A DNA stretch of 64,000 bases, from contig JBHHXT010000001.1 in assembly GCA_046757165.1 (NCBI GenBank), forward strand, positions 32,627 through 96,626, in the 5' to 3' direction. How positions within the stretch are numbered: the first letter of the stretch is position 1; each line of letters starts with the position of its first letter. This document shows, in pieces, positions 26,738-37,155 of the stretch. The stretch is from a bacterium (GTDB taxonomy: Bacteria; Zhuqueibacterota; Zhuqueibacteria; Oceanimicrobiales; Oceanimicrobiaceae). The position numbers and the translations under genes are program-made. The notes beneath the pieces were generated by a model. The model was not told where the DNA came from, did no database searches, and saw only the letters and a list, made by a program, of their open reading frames with translations.

Positions 26738-27631
26738 TCACTCAACCGTATTGCGCAAGATACCGATTTCGAGCACCTCGACCTCGACTTCATCTCCTGG
26801 GTTCAACTCGCCCACGCCCGCGGGGGTGCCAGTCGCAATCACATCCCCGGGTTCCAGCGTGCAGAATTTGGATAGATACGACACGAGCTCCAGGATGTCG
26901 AAAATCATCTCCGACGTTGAGCCTCGCTGCCTTGTCTCACCATTGACTCGAACCCGCACTTCCAAATCTCTGAAATCGTGGATGGCCTGCTTTGGGACGA
27001 GAGAGGGCCCCAGCGGACAAAAGGTATCAAAACTTTTCGAGCGGAACCATGGGCGGCCAGCCTTTTGATCGGCTTGCTGCATTTTGCGCGCGGTAACGTC
27101 GTTGAGAAGCGTAAACCCTGCGATGTGGTCCAAAGCTCGTCCCTCCGAGACCCGATGTCCCCTCTTGCCGATGATGACGGCAAGCTCCCCCTCATAGTCC
27201 ACACGGCCGACATTTGCAGGCAGGCGGATAATCTCTTCATGGGCAATGATAGCAGAGGGAGACTTGGAAAAAAAAATAGGCTCGTCGGGCACAGGATTGC
27301 CGAGCTCGTCAGCGTGCCGGCGGTAGTTTCGCCCGACGCAGAGTATTTTCTGCGGCCGGCCAAGGGGCGGCAGATATTTCACCGGCGTCTGGATCTCGAG
27401 GTCCTCGATAGACCTCACTTCCTGCAACTCAAAGAGCACGTCCTGCAACGTATCCAGGTCGAAAAAATCCGCTTCCACCATAACCTGCAGAAAATTCAAC
27501 TGCGGACCCTGGCCTCGACTCTTCAAGTTTTTGTACAACTCCCAGGCCAGTGAAAAATTATACAGCTCGCCTTGATACTCTATGCCGATCTGGGAAAGCC
27601 CTTTGTCGGTGGAAAATGAAAAAACTTTCAA
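26738..27631 (-). CDS. Fumarylacetoacetate hydrolase (FAH) family protein
   Basis: Contains GRNY..H..E, a typical FAH-fold core (DYEGELAVIIGK, FD.F.P.GP) and GTP.GVG. I chose the TTG start at 27631 (LKVFSF.., AAGGA SD). The ORF-track GTG at 27679 is the alternative. Confidence 0.8.
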   Translation of the reverse strand: MKVFSFSTDKGLSQIGIEYQGELYNFSLAWELYKNLKSRGQGPQLNFLQVMVEADFFDLDTLQDVLFELQEVRSIEDLEIQTPVKYLPPLGRPQKILCVGRNYRRHADELGNPVPDEPIFFSKSPSAIIAHEEIIRLPANVGRVDYEGELAVIIGKRGHRVSEGRALDHIAGFTLLNDVTARKMQQADQKAGRPWFRSKSFDTFCPLGPSLVPKQAIHDFRDLEVRVRVNGETRQRGSTSEMIFDILELVSYLSKFCTLEPGDVIATGTPAGVGELNPGDEVEVEVLEIGILRNTVE

Positions 27632-27731
27632 CTCGGATTCCTTTCCCGCAGTTCGATCCGATTCTCCCCTAAGATGCACTCAGAATCAAAATACAAGGAA
27701 ACGTAATAGGGCAGGCTCGAAAATCCGCACC

Positions 27732-27760
27732 AGTTTAGGCAAATAATTTGTGATTGTCAA
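27732..27760 (-). promoter_or_regulatory. Sigma70-type promoter candidate for the FAH-family gene
   Basis: The minus strand reads TTGACA-N17-TAAACT, 100-130 nt upstream of the candidate starts. Confidence 0.45.
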
Positions 27761-27804
27761 GGGTTTTTGTGACGTTCATGCGCTGGCCACCCGCTACCCG
27801 AGGT

Positions 27805-28236
27805 TTAGGTTCCAAATATGTATTGCTTCAAATACCGATTATCTACTTCGATTTCATCGAGCTGAGCTTTGACCAGATCTCCGATAGAAACGATCCCGCC
27901 AATACGATCTTTCTCCACAATAGGCAAGTGTCTTATTTTGTTCTTCGTCATGACAGCCAAAGAGTATTTGATGTCATCGTCAGGAACCCCGACAATCAGT
28001 TTCCTGGTCATGACCTGCTTGACCAGGGTCTTTCTCAGCAAGTTGTCCCGATCGACGCACTCCCACAGAACATCACGCTCCGAGATGATGCCCACCAACT
28101 TTTCATTGTCATCCAGAACCAGTAAAGCACCAATTCGGTTCTTGAAAAGAATCTTGATGGCATCGTGCACAGTCTTCTCCATGTTGATGGTGAAGACCTC
28201 ACCACTCTTTGCTTTGAGAATATCTTTCAGTTTCAT
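27805..28236 (-). CDS. CBS-pair domain protein
   Basis: 143 aa with two CBS motifs (..LLVLDDNEKLVGIISERDV.., ..HLPIVEKDRIGGIVSIGDL..). CAGGAGG SD. Confidence 0.85.
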   Translation of the reverse strand: MKLKDILKAKSGEVFTINMEKTVHDAIKILFKNRIGALLVLDDNEKLVGIISERDVLWECVDRDNLLRKTLVKQVMTRKLIVGVPDDDIKYSLAVMTKNKIRHLPIVEKDRIGGIVSIGDLVKAQLDEIEVDNRYLKQYIFGT

Positions 28237-28453
28237 CTGGTACCTCCTGTTGACCTTGATGTATGCCGCTCACGCTTCAGGCCCCTCCTCCTGCTTATCC
28301 CGTGTGGTGTACGCCTCACAGGCAAGCATCGGCAAGTTTGGATACTTTGGAAACGATGAATCAAGTTTAGAGTGCTCGCACAGCAAGAATTGACTGCCCC
28401 TGGAACCGCGAATACGTCTGGCAAACAAACAACAGGCGCAAAGCCCTCCTTTA

Positions 28454-29668
28454 TCAGCGTCCACCAATATTCTCGGAAATATCGCCAAACCCCAGGTAGT
28501 CGTCCACAACCTGCTCCGAAATGTCAAACTCTCTTTGAGAAATCTCAACGGATTTGGGATAAAGTTCAGCCAGCATTTCTACTGCCTGGATCACCTGAGA
28601 TTCATCGATCGCAAGACACTGAGCGAGAGCGCCTTTGAGGGCAAGGTACCGGTTTCCGATCGGCTTCCATTGATGTGGGTCCAGATCACCAAACAACCCC
28701 ACCAGAGGCACGCCGGCAGCAGCCGCCAGGTGCATCATATCCAGGTCGCAGCACACGAAGACATTGCAGCAGCTTATCAAAGCTGCCTGCTCCCGCAATC
28801 CCAGGTCAGACCCTTCGATGGGTATGAAGGGTAAGCTGTCCACGAATTGCTGGACTCGTTCCCGTCCGGGCCCAGACCAGAAAACCACGATTCTGGCACC
28901 GTACTTCATGCTGAGATGTCTGGCGACATTGACATATCTGTGTATCTGCCATGTACATCCTGCATCGCCGGAGTCGATGTGGATCCCCAAAACAAACTCC
29001 CTGTATTTGACACCCCTTTCAAGCAAGTACTCGATCGCGTTGTTGCTTTCATCGCTGGTAAATGTCAGGCCCGTGTGACAGCCTGCAGGTTTCACACCGA
29101 TGTAGTTGACAATGTCCAGGCCTCGCTCTACCTGGTGCTCGAGCCGCCTCGAATGGGGGGCGAGCAGATTGTAGAAGAAGTTCTCACGACACCCTTCAAA
29201 AACCAGGTGGTCAGAACCGAGAACAAACCTGGCACAGCTCAACTTCGCCAACAGGTCGGAGGTAAACGAGTGGCAGAAGGTACTAAGCACGATGGCCAGA
29301 TCGAACCGGCTTCTCAACCCTCCCGAAAAACATCGAACGCAACCAAACAACCAATTTGCACTTCCCGGAGGAAAGCTGATCACCTCGTCAACACAATCCT
29401 CGTGCATCAACACGGCAGCCTGGGGAGAGCGCGCAACAACTGCAATGTGAGCATAGGGAATGGCGCGTCTCACGGCCCGGAAGGCCGGGATAGACAGCAG
29501 TAGATCACACAACCGGTCGTGTTGTTGAACAAAGAGGATACGCTTGATTTTCCGAAGCGATACATCAGAAGCAGAAAATCTCGCACGCCTCAGTCGTCTC
29601 TCGAGTAGCCTTAGCAAGGTCAGTCGGAGTGCACGCTTCAGCCTCGTCGTAGCACTCATAGCAGGCAT
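28454..29668 (-). CDS. Glycosyltransferase family 9 (heptosyltransferase-like)
   Basis: IKRILFVQQHDRLCDLLLSIPAFRAVRRAIPYAHIAVVA is the typical GT9 N-terminal pattern. The C-terminal half has ..CCDLDMMHLAAAAGVPLVGLFG. Confidence 0.75.
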   Translation of the reverse strand: MPAMSATTRLKRALRLTLLRLLERRLRRARFSASDVSLRKIKRILFVQQHDRLCDLLLSIPAFRAVRRAIPYAHIAVVARSPQAAVLMHEDCVDEVISFPPGSANWLFGCVRCFSGGLRSRFDLAIVLSTFCHSFTSDLLAKLSCARFVLGSDHLVFEGCRENFFYNLLAPHSRRLEHQVERGLDIVNYIGVKPAGCHTGLTFTSDESNNAIEYLLERGVKYREFVLGIHIDSGDAGCTWQIHRYVNVARHLSMKYGARIVVFWSGPGRERVQQFVDSLPFIPIEGSDLGLREQAALISCCNVFVCCDLDMMHLAAAAGVPLVGLFGDLDPHQWKPIGNRYLALKGALAQCLAIDESQVIQAVEMLAELYPKSVEISQREFDISEQVVDDYLGFGDISENIGGR

Positions 29669-29764
29669 CCTTCCTTAGAATTTTCCAGAAATAGTGAGAC
29701 TGTAAGGCTAACCTAAAGATGCTGTTTCTCTCACCTTGTTTTTGTCAAACAGGGTCAACAGCAA

Positions 29765-30880
29765 CTACGCAGACACGGCTCCTTGTTTGTGTTGCGAAGT
29801 TGTTGTCCCCAAACCCGCGAGCGTGTGAATTTTGGTTACGACCTCCACACTATTATGGTGTTTTTCAACCCAGGCTCTGCCGCGCCGGCCGAGCTCCTGC
29901 CTCAAAGACGGACTTTGAATGAGTTCAACCAACTTGTCCTCGAGATTGGATTCATTGACCAGGACGAAGGGATGGTCAGAATAGCTCGCTTCAAATCCTC
30001 TTGCGAGACACGAGCAGGTCGGAATTCCCATCGCCAGAGACTCCAATGAATTGAGGCCGTACCCCAAATCGCCCAGTTGATCGACAAATATGTGACATTG
30101 CGCCTTTCTTTGCAGGCTTTCAGCATGCGAAACGTTTTCGATCAGCACCAATTCCACCGGGTAATCTGACTTCAACGATTCAACGGTTGCGATCACCACA
30201 TCACTGCCCTTGGCTTTCCGGTTGGTCGGCGCATGTCCAATTCTGATAGGGTCCGAAATGGGCTCAGGTCGTAGCTGGTAAGGTTCGGTTTCGAATGGGA
30301 AGAATACGTGGAAGATGTTCGGATGGAGTTGTAAATGGTCATACTCGAGCGTGACATTCAGATCTGAAAGAGCTTCGATCGCGGGGATAACGCCTCGCGT
30401 TCGTAGGTCACTACCGGTGTAGCAGCAGATAATTTTCTTGCCGAGCGATTTCAACTTTTCTACAATTCGACCATCTCGATAGAATTCCAGCCCGCCATCC
30501 AACTGAATGACATCAAACTCACAAAACTCTATTCTCTCCAGACACGGCAGAATTCGGAATCCCCAGAACCATTCTCGCAACCGCACTAACGCATGCTCAG
30601 CAGGCCCGTTCGCCTGCCAAGCAAGAGGCAGACTCTTTCTTTCAACCACCTGGTTGCTCACCGTCAACCTGCTGGGATGCGAAACGAATTTTTTGATCAA
30701 CCGCGTGCCGCTGAAATCGAGGAAGGGCAAATCCAGACAAATGTCCTCGGCGTAGTTTCTCCTGTCTCTCCCCAGGGTGACCAGCCGGCTCGTGTGGCCA
30801 AGCTTCCTTTCAGCACGAACAAAAGTGATTGGGACTCCGGAGGTGTTAAAAGGAGCAATATGTAGAATTTTCAAAACCAT
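29765..30880 (-). CDS. GT-B fold glycosyltransferase (GT4/GT1-like)
   Basis: N-terminus MVLKILHIAPFNTSGVP. C-terminal donor-binding-like region GYGLNSLESLAMGIPT. I chose the ATG at 30878-30880; the ORF track begins at a TTG 6 nt upstream. Confidence 0.65.
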   Translation of the reverse strand: MVLKILHIAPFNTSGVPITFVRAERKLGHTSRLVTLGRDRRNYAEDICLDLPFLDFSGTRLIKKFVSHPSRLTVSNQVVERKSLPLAWQANGPAEHALVRLREWFWGFRILPCLERIEFCEFDVIQLDGGLEFYRDGRIVEKLKSLGKKIICCYTGSDLRTRGVIPAIEALSDLNVTLEYDHLQLHPNIFHVFFPFETEPYQLRPEPISDPIRIGHAPTNRKAKGSDVVIATVESLKSDYPVELVLIENVSHAESLQRKAQCHIFVDQLGDLGYGLNSLESLAMGIPTCSCLARGFEASYSDHPFVLVNESNLEDKLVELIQSPSLRQELGRRGRAWVEKHHNSVEVVTKIHTLAGLGTTTSQHKQGAVSA

Positions 30881-30968
30881 CGACAAAACAACATGGGTGT
30901 AGGAGGTCTGGCAAGAAGTCTGCTTCGCAACATATCACTAACGGAAAATACAAAAACTTGCGAAAATG

Positions 30969-31979
30969 TCAAACCTTTTTTATCAAAGTGTCCCGAAAAA
31001 CCCCCAGCGCGCCAAATCCCTCCTTAAAGCGTGCCAGTCCCCAGTTCGGTTTCATGTTGACGGTGAAGATGCCAAAATCGAGAAATTTGATCTGCTTGCT
31101 GATGGCCCACCGAATCACCTCATAAAAAAGAAGGTTGACCCCCCGATGCTGCTGCAATTCCTCGCGGTGGCTGATGTAGAAAGCCAGGGCCACCCTCTCA
31201 TTACACTCGAACACGACAATGCCAGCCATCATCTCGCCGTCTCTTTGCGCAGCGAAGAGCCTGATTTTCTCTGGGAACAACTGCTTGAGCAGCAGCAGCT
31301 CGTCCAGCGAGTGCGTCGGGCGAACGTTGTGGCGCATCTGCAAGTTCTTCTTCAGAATGTCGTAGAAAGTGGAGAAATCGTCGCACTCACTCACCTGAAC
31401 ACCCATCTTGAGCGCCCTCCGGACTGCCCGCCTGGACTCCGGACTGAACACCAACAGGGTGTCCTCCGCGGCAAAGTCCAATGGAATAACACTCGAAACT
31501 TCTCGCCGCAAATACGAAAAGCCCGATTCGCCGAGGGCAAAATCGAAGTAGTTTCCCGGACGGGAATGATAGATAAGAGGGGGCAGCGTCATCTGTATCG
31601 TTTCAATCCCATTGTCACCTGCGAACTCGAGCAGACGTTCTACGATGAAAAACGTGTCCTTGAGGGAGATGGTGAGTTTGAAGACCGGACCTCCAAACGA
31701 GGCGCCGGGATGTGAAATCAGCGCCTTGCCTCTGTCGATTTCACGCACCCCCGCGGGAAAAATCGCAATGCATTTGCCGGCTTTGGTGAACAGCAACGAG
31801 CAATCATCGAAGCGGCCAGGAGGATGATAGGCCAGGAACTGCCGGGTGTGGAAGATCGTGCCGTTGTTCGAAAACCAAACAAACTCATCCCACCCTTTCT
31901 CATCTCCAACCCGAAACCGAGTCACTTCGACGCTGTTGCGCTCCTGCAAGTCCTTGAAGGCTGACTCCCGGACGCTCAT
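30969..31979 (-). CDS. FemAB/BioF2-like GNAT-fold acyl/aminoacyl transferase
   Basis: 336 aa whose length and C-terminal half (..VNLLFYEVIRWA..K.IKFLDFG......N.GLARFKEGFGA) resemble the FemAB/peptidoglycan-bridge or BioF2-like acetyltransferase family. The start ATGA overlaps the argF stop. Confidence 0.55.
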   Translation of the reverse strand: MSVRESAFKDLQERNSVEVTRFRVGDEKGWDEFVWFSNNGTIFHTRQFLAYHPPGRFDDCSLLFTKAGKCIAIFPAGVREIDRGKALISHPGASFGGPVFKLTISLKDTFFIVERLLEFAGDNGIETIQMTLPPLIYHSRPGNYFDFALGESGFSYLRREVSSVIPLDFAAEDTLLVFSPESRRAVRRALKMGVQVSECDDFSTFYDILKKNLQMRHNVRPTHSLDELLLLKQLFPEKIRLFAAQRDGEMMAGIVVFECNERVALAFYISHREELQQHRGVNLLFYEVIRWAISKQIKFLDFGIFTVNMKPNWGLARFKEGFGALGVFRDTLIKKV

Positions 31980-32887
31980 TTCGCAAGCGTGACCATGATT
32001 GCTTTTTGGACGTGGAGACGGTTCTCTGCCTCATCGAAAACGATGGAATGTCGCCCATCGATCACCTCGGCGGTGATCTCTTCACCGCGATGCGCCGGCA
32101 AGCAGTGCATCACCAGACATGCCTGATCTGCCTGTTGCAGCAGGGCCTGATTGACTTGAAAATCGCGAAAGAGGACTTTGCGCGCCTCAGCTTCGGACTC
32201 CTGACCCATGCTGGCCCAAACGTCGGTATACAGCACGTCGGCCTCCTTTGCTGCTGCCACCGAGTCGCGATAGATTTCAATCTCGCTGACATTCGCCTGC
32301 CTGGCCACCCGAAGAATCTCGGCGTCGGGATCATAGCCCTCCGGGATAGCAAGCGAGAGCCGCATCGGGACCCTGGCCGCCATAATGATCCAGGAGTTGG
32401 CGACGTTATTGCCATCTCCGACATAAGCTACCTTCAGGTCATCCAGACCGCCTCTCTTTTCATAAACCGTCAACATATCTGCCATGATCTGACACGGATG
32501 GAGCAGGTCTGTCAAGCCATTGATAACCGGAACGGTTGCATGGCTGGCCAGCTCGATAATATCCTCATGCCCGAACAGGCGCGCCATGATCAAGTCAACA
32601 TATCGAGAGATCGTTTGCGCCACGTCACCGATAGCTTCGCGCTTGCCGATTTGGATATCGTCGGGGCCGAGATAAAGCGCCTGTCCACCCAACTGAAACA
32701 TGCCAACTTCAAAGGAAACGCGTGTACGCGTGGACGGCTTCTGGAAGATCATCGCGAGGGATTGTCCTTCCAGAAGTTTGTGATGCTCGCCGCGCTTCTG
32801 CTTTGCCTTCAGTTCGCGCGCCAGTTCAAATATGTCAAGAATTTCACTCTTATCTAAGTCTGAAATGGAGAGAAAATCTTTCTTCAC
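31976..32887 (-). CDS. argF: Ornithine carbamoyltransferase
   Basis: Motifs FQKPSTRTRVSFE, HPCQ and HCLPAHRGEE. I chose GTG 32885-32887 (VKKDFLSISDL) with an AAAGGAG SD 6 nt upstream. Confidence 0.92.
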   Translation of the reverse strand: MKKDFLSISDLDKSEILDIFELARELKAKQKRGEHHKLLEGQSLAMIFQKPSTRTRVSFEVGMFQLGGQALYLGPDDIQIGKREAIGDVAQTISRYVDLIMARLFGHEDIIELASHATVPVINGLTDLLHPCQIMADMLTVYEKRGGLDDLKVAYVGDGNNVANSWIIMAARVPMRLSLAIPEGYDPDAEILRVARQANVSEIEIYRDSVAAAKEADVLYTDVWASMGQESEAEARKVLFRDFQVNQALLQQADQACLVMHCLPAHRGEEITAEVIDGRHSIVFDEAENRLHVQKAIMVTLAK

Positions 32888-32974
32888 CCCCGGCTCCTTT
32901 CTTCGGCAGAATATATTTGAACCACACATTCACACTGATAACGGATCTTGTCACTAATGAACAATACTTCATAG

Positions 32975-34351
32975 CTAGAGAATATACCGGCTCAGATCTT
33001 CATCCTTGACGATGTCATCGAGTGTCTTGAGCACAAGCTCTCGAGTGATGAGCAATCGTTTGACCCGGGTGTCGGGAACCTTGAACAAGTAGTCCTCCAG
33101 AAGCGCGGTGAGCACGGTATGCAGTCGACGGGCACCGATGTTTTCGGTGCGTTCATTCACGGTGTTGGCTATGTTGGCAATCTCGCGAATGGCCTCGTCC
33201 TCAAACACAAGCGACACGCCTTCAGTTTCAAAGAGCGCCACGTACTGCTTGATCAAAGCATTCTCGGGCTCAGTAAGAATGCGCACAAAGTCCTCGGCCG
33301 TCAGGCTACTCAATTCAACCCTGATGGGAAAGCGGCCCTGCAATTCAGGGATCAGGTCGGACGGTTTCGAGATATGAAAGGCTCCGGAAGCAATGAAAAG
33401 GATGTGGTCGGTTTTTACCATGCCATACTTGGTGAAAACACTGGTGCCTTCGACAACCGGCAGCAGGTCTCGCTGTACGCCCTGTCGTGATACGTCCGGG
33501 CCTGACTTGGCGCCCTCACCTGCAATCTTGTCGATCTCATCTAAGAACACGATGCCTGAACTCTGCACGCGATCGATGGCCTCTTGCACAACTTGCTCCA
33601 TATCGATCAGCTTTTGGGCTTCTTCCTGAACGAGATATTTCCTGGCCTCGCTCACACTCATTTTGCGGCGTTTGGTCTTCTTTGGGATCATGCCTCCGAA
33701 TAAGTCCTGCAGGTTGACCCCCATTTCCTCAACACCCATGGGCGAAATGATCTGCATCAAAGGGGACTGGTCGCTCTGGACATCGAGCTCGACCAAGCGG
33801 TCCTCCAATTCGCCGCTCTGGAGCTTGAGCTTGAACTTTTCTCGCGTTCGATTATGCCGTTCCTCGGTGTCATCATCCTCGATTTCGACGGCATTTTCTA
33901 TGCTGACGCGTTTGCGTTTCCTGGGCGGGGGCGGGACCAGAAGCTCCAGCAACCGCTCCTGCGCGTGTCTTTCAGCCAGCTCTTGCACCTCTTTCGTCTT
34001 TTCTCCCCGCACCATTGAAACGGAGAGATCGGTCAGGTCCCGGATGATAGATTCAACGTCGCGGCCAACATACCCGACTTCGGTGAACTTTGTGGCCTCG
34101 ATCTTGATGAAGGGGGCATTTGAGAGCCGCGCAAGACGCCGCGCAATTTCCGTTTTGCCGACGCCGGTCGGCCCGATGAGAATGATGTTGTTAGGATAAA
34201 TTTCTTCTCTCAGGTGGTCCGGCACTTGCTTCCTGCGCCAACGGTTTCGCAGCGCGATGGCAACCGACTTCTTTGCCTTGTCCTGTCCGATAACGTATTT
34301 GTTTAACTCTGCAACGATTTGTTTTGGAGTAAGCTCTTTTATGTCTGACAT
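32975..34351 (-). CDS. hslU: ATP-dependent protease ATPase subunit HslU
   Basis: [34 protein letters not shown]; Walker [16 protein letters not shown]. Confidence 0.97.
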   Translation of the reverse strand: MSDIKELTPKQIVAELNKYVIGQDKAKKSVAIALRNRWRRKQVPDHLREEIYPNNIILIGPTGVGKTEIARRLARLSNAPFIKIEATKFTEVGYVGRDVESIIRDLTDLSVSMVRGEKTKEVQELAERHAQERLLELLVPPPPRKRKRVSIENAVEIEDDDTEERHNRTREKFKLKLQSGELEDRLVELDVQSDQSPLMQIISPMGVEEMGVNLQDLFGGMIPKKTKRRKMSVSEARKYLVQEEAQKLIDMEQVVQEAIDRVQSSGIVFLDEIDKIAGEGAKSGPDVSRQGVQRDLLPVVEGTSVFTKYGMVKTDHILFIASGAFHISKPSDLIPELQGRFPIRVELSSLTAEDFVRILTEPENALIKQYVALFETEGVSLVFEDEAIREIANIANTVNERTENIGARRLHTVLTALLEDYLFKVPDTRVKRLLITRELVLKTLDDIVKDEDLSRYIL

Positions 34352-34363
34352 TTAGATTCCTAT

Positions 34364-34897
34364 TTAGATTTCCTCGATCGTGAGATCAGAATTTGTATAA
34401 ACGCATATACCGGCTGCGACTTTCAGGGATTCCTCAACAATTTGCTTTGCACCTAACCCGGAGTGTTTTACCAGGGCAGTGGCAGCAGCCATGGCATATC
34501 CGCCACCGGAGCCGATGGCAATAATGTTGTCATCGGGCTCAATCACGTCACCAGTACCAGAAATAAGGAACATGCTTTGTTTGTCCATGACGATCAACTG
34601 CGCTTCCAATCTCCGCAGGAATCTATCTTTGCGCCACTCCTTGGCGAGTTCCACCGCCGCCCGGCTCAAATTGCCGCTGTATTCCTCCAAACGGTTTTCA
34701 AATTTCTCAAAAAGCGTGAAGGCATCCGCTGACGCACCTGCAAACCCCGCAATCACCATGTCCTGGTAAATCGTACGGATCTTGCGCGCCTTCGCCTTGA
34801 GAATGGAATCTCCGAGGCTTACCTGACCATCCCCGCCCATAGCACTCTTGCCCTGGTGGCGAACCCCGAGTATGGTTGTGCTTCTTATTCTATCCAT
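34364..34897 (-). CDS. hslV: ATP-dependent protease subunit HslV
   Basis: [24 protein letters not shown] contains the N-terminal Thr nucleophile context. Adjacent to hslU. Confidence 0.96.
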   Translation of the reverse strand: MDRIRSTTILGVRHQGKSAMGGDGQVSLGDSILKAKARKIRTIYQDMVIAGFAGASADAFTLFEKFENRLEEYSGNLSRAAVELAKEWRKDRFLRRLEAQLIVMDKQSMFLISGTGDVIEPDDNIIAIGSGGGYAMAAATALVKHSGLGAKQIVEESLKVAAGICVYTNSDLTIEEI

Positions 34898-34906
34898 CTG
34901 CCAGCC

Positions 34907-36343
34907 TTAGAGTTTTCTTCTCAACCGGGAAACCGGAATCATCATTTGTTCACGGTACTTGGCAACCGTCCGCCTCGCAACCTGAAAGCCCTTCTGTTTC
35001 AAGAGCTCAGCAATTCTCTGATCGTTCAAAGGTTTGTTTGGATCTTCCTTTTCAATAATCTCCCGGATAAAGTTTTTTATGGTCTTGTTGGAAACATCAT
35101 CGCCGGTATCACTCCTGATTTTCTCGCTGAAAAAATATTTCAGCTCAAAAACGCCGTGCTCTGTTTGCACATACTTGCCATTGGTCACGCGGCTGATGGT
35201 GGAAATATCCATTCCAATTTCATCGGCGATGTCCTTCAGAATCATAGGCTTGATATGCTCCTTGCCATAATCGAAAAAGTCGCGCTGCTTATCGATGATC
35301 GCCTCCATCACGCGCAGAATTGTCGCCCGTCGTTGGTGAATTGAATTGATCAACCAGCGCGCCGATTCCAAGCTTTGCCGGATATAGTCGCGGGCATCCT
35401 TTGTCGACTTCTTCTTATCCAGCAACAGTTTTCTGTATGAGTTGTTGATCCTGAGATGGGGGATATTCCAATCATTCATGCTGATGCTGAAGTCCCCGTC
35501 TTCGTCCTTTTCGACCACCAGATCGGGCACAATCACATTTTGATGAAACAGGACATACCCCTCCCCGGGCTTCGGATTGAGCTTCGTGATGTCTGTGATG
35601 GCAGCGCGGATACCGTCGAGCGAAATGTCCATCTTTTTGGCAATCTTCTCATACCGTTTGTTGGTAAAATCATCAAAATGGTCTCGCAGAATCTCGACGG
35701 TGCACGGATTATGGTCATCTATGTCCAGGATTTGAATCAGCAGGCACTCCTGTAGCGAGCGTGATCCGATGCCGAGGGGCTCAAAATGCTGGATGATCTT
35801 CAATACTTTCTCAACCTGGTCCGTGTCTTCCTGCAGCGTTTCCGCGATAAAGTCCACTGAGTACGGCAAATAGCCGTCCTCATTTATGTTCCAGATGATG
35901 TATTCGCCGATGACGATCTCCCGCTCTGAGAGATGGTTCGTCATATGCAACTGACTGAGTAAATGCTCCGGTAAGGTCGTATGGGCCACCTCCGGCCGTT
36001 CGAAAACTTCAGCGCTGTCGTCTCTGGGCATGCGGTATTCATACGTATCATCGTCGTTCAAGATCGTTTCCCAATCAATCTCCTCTTTTTCGAACTCATC
36101 GACGGCGTCGTTCTCGCTTTCCTTTTCGTCTTTTGCCTCACCGTCGGTAACCTGCACGACCTCTTCCTCCAGTTCTTCCACCAAATCCATCTCTTCGTCT
36201 ATTTCGAGCAATGGATTGGTCTCCAACTCCACTTTGATTTTTTGTTCAAGGCTTAAGATGGGGAGCTGTAGGAGAGATGAAAGCAATACCTGTTGCGGAG
36301 ATTGCTTCAACGACATTGCAAGTTTTTGAACTAAGTTCGCCAT
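34907..36343 (-). CDS. rpoN: RNA polymerase sigma-54 factor
   Basis: Region I MANLVQKLAMSLKQSPQQ, an acidic region II, and a C-terminal RpoN box ARRTVAKYRE. Lies downstream of lptB. Confidence 0.96.
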   Translation of the reverse strand: MANLVQKLAMSLKQSPQQVLLSSLLQLPILSLEQKIKVELETNPLLEIDEEMDLVEELEEEVVQVTDGEAKDEKESENDAVDEFEKEEIDWETILNDDDTYEYRMPRDDSAEVFERPEVAHTTLPEHLLSQLHMTNHLSEREIVIGEYIIWNINEDGYLPYSVDFIAETLQEDTDQVEKVLKIIQHFEPLGIGSRSLQECLLIQILDIDDHNPCTVEILRDHFDDFTNKRYEKIAKKMDISLDGIRAAITDITKLNPKPGEGYVLFHQNVIVPDLVVEKDEDGDFSISMNDWNIPHLRINNSYRKLLLDKKKSTKDARDYIRQSLESARWLINSIHQRRATILRVMEAIIDKQRDFFDYGKEHIKPMILKDIADEIGMDISTISRVTNGKYVQTEHGVFELKYFFSEKIRSDTGDDVSNKTIKNFIREIIEKEDPNKPLNDQRIAELLKQKGFQVARRTVAKYREQMMIPVSRLRRKL

Positions 36344-36386
36344 AACAGATCCTGTCTATACCGGGGTTCTCGAGGTCAACACCATC

Positions 36387-37115
36387 TCATCGATTCAGCT
36401 TGAACTTTTCACCAAGATAGAGTTTGAGCGCAGCCTGATCATTTGCCAGGAACTGCGCCGTGCCAGATATCAGCACATTGCCGTCAAAAAGGAGATAGGC
36501 GCGATCCGTAATGTCCAGTGTCTCGTGCACATTGTGGTCAGTGATGAGCACTCCAATCCCCCTGTATTTCAGGCGCTTGACAATATTCTGAATTTCTTCG
36601 ACTGCGATCGGGTCCACGCCGGCAAAGGGCTCATCCAGAAGGATGAACTTGGGATTCCTGATCAGGGCCCGCGTGATCTCAACGCGCCGACGTTCACCAC
36701 CTGACAGCGTGTACGCTTTTCTGTCAGCCAAATAGCCGATGTTCAACTCATTCAAAAGCTCATGCAATCGTCTTTCCCGTTCTGTTTTCGAGATCTTCAA
36801 CGTTTCCAGTATGGCCTCGATGTTCTCTCGCACGGTCAAACGCCGGAAAATCGATGGTTCCTGCGAAAGATACCCAATCCCGAGCCGTGCCCGCTTGTAC
36901 ATCGGCAATCTTGTGATATCCCGATCCTGCAGGAAAATCGCGCCGCTCTTCGGCTTGATCATCCCAACGATCATGTAGAAGGTCGTGGTTTTGCCGGCGC
37001 CATTAGGACCGAGCAGCCCGACAATCTCTCCCTGATTGACTTCGATAGTGACCTGATTGACAACCTTGCGCTTTCTGTAAACCTTAACGAGATCTTTCGT
37101 CTTAAGCGTCAGCAC
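36387..37115 (-). CDS. lptB: LPS export ABC transporter ATP-binding protein LptB
   Basis: Walker [13 protein letters not shown] signature [11 protein letters not shown], Walker [12 protein letters not shown]. In lptC-lptA-lptB-rpoN synteny. Confidence 0.93.
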   Translation of the reverse strand: MLTLKTKDLVKVYRKRKVVNQVTIEVNQGEIVGLLGPNGAGKTTTFYMIVGMIKPKSGAIFLQDRDITRLPMYKRARLGIGYLSQEPSIFRRLTVRENIEAILETLKISKTERERRLHELLNELNIGYLADRKAYTLSGGERRRVEITRALIRNPKFILLDEPFAGVDPIAVEEIQNIVKRLKYRGIGVLITDHNVHETLDITDRAYLLFDGNVLISGTAQFLANDQAALKLYLGEKFKLNR

Positions 37116-37155
37116 GATTTCGTTTGAGTTACACGACCTTCGTCATTTCAATTTC

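Noticed and set aside
28237-28453. The 217-nt intergenic gap was inspected for a riboswitch, sRNA or sigma54 site.
   Set aside because: I could find no convincing conserved-looking structure, terminator or correctly spaced -24/-12 element. GGGGCA..TTGC has the wrong spacing.
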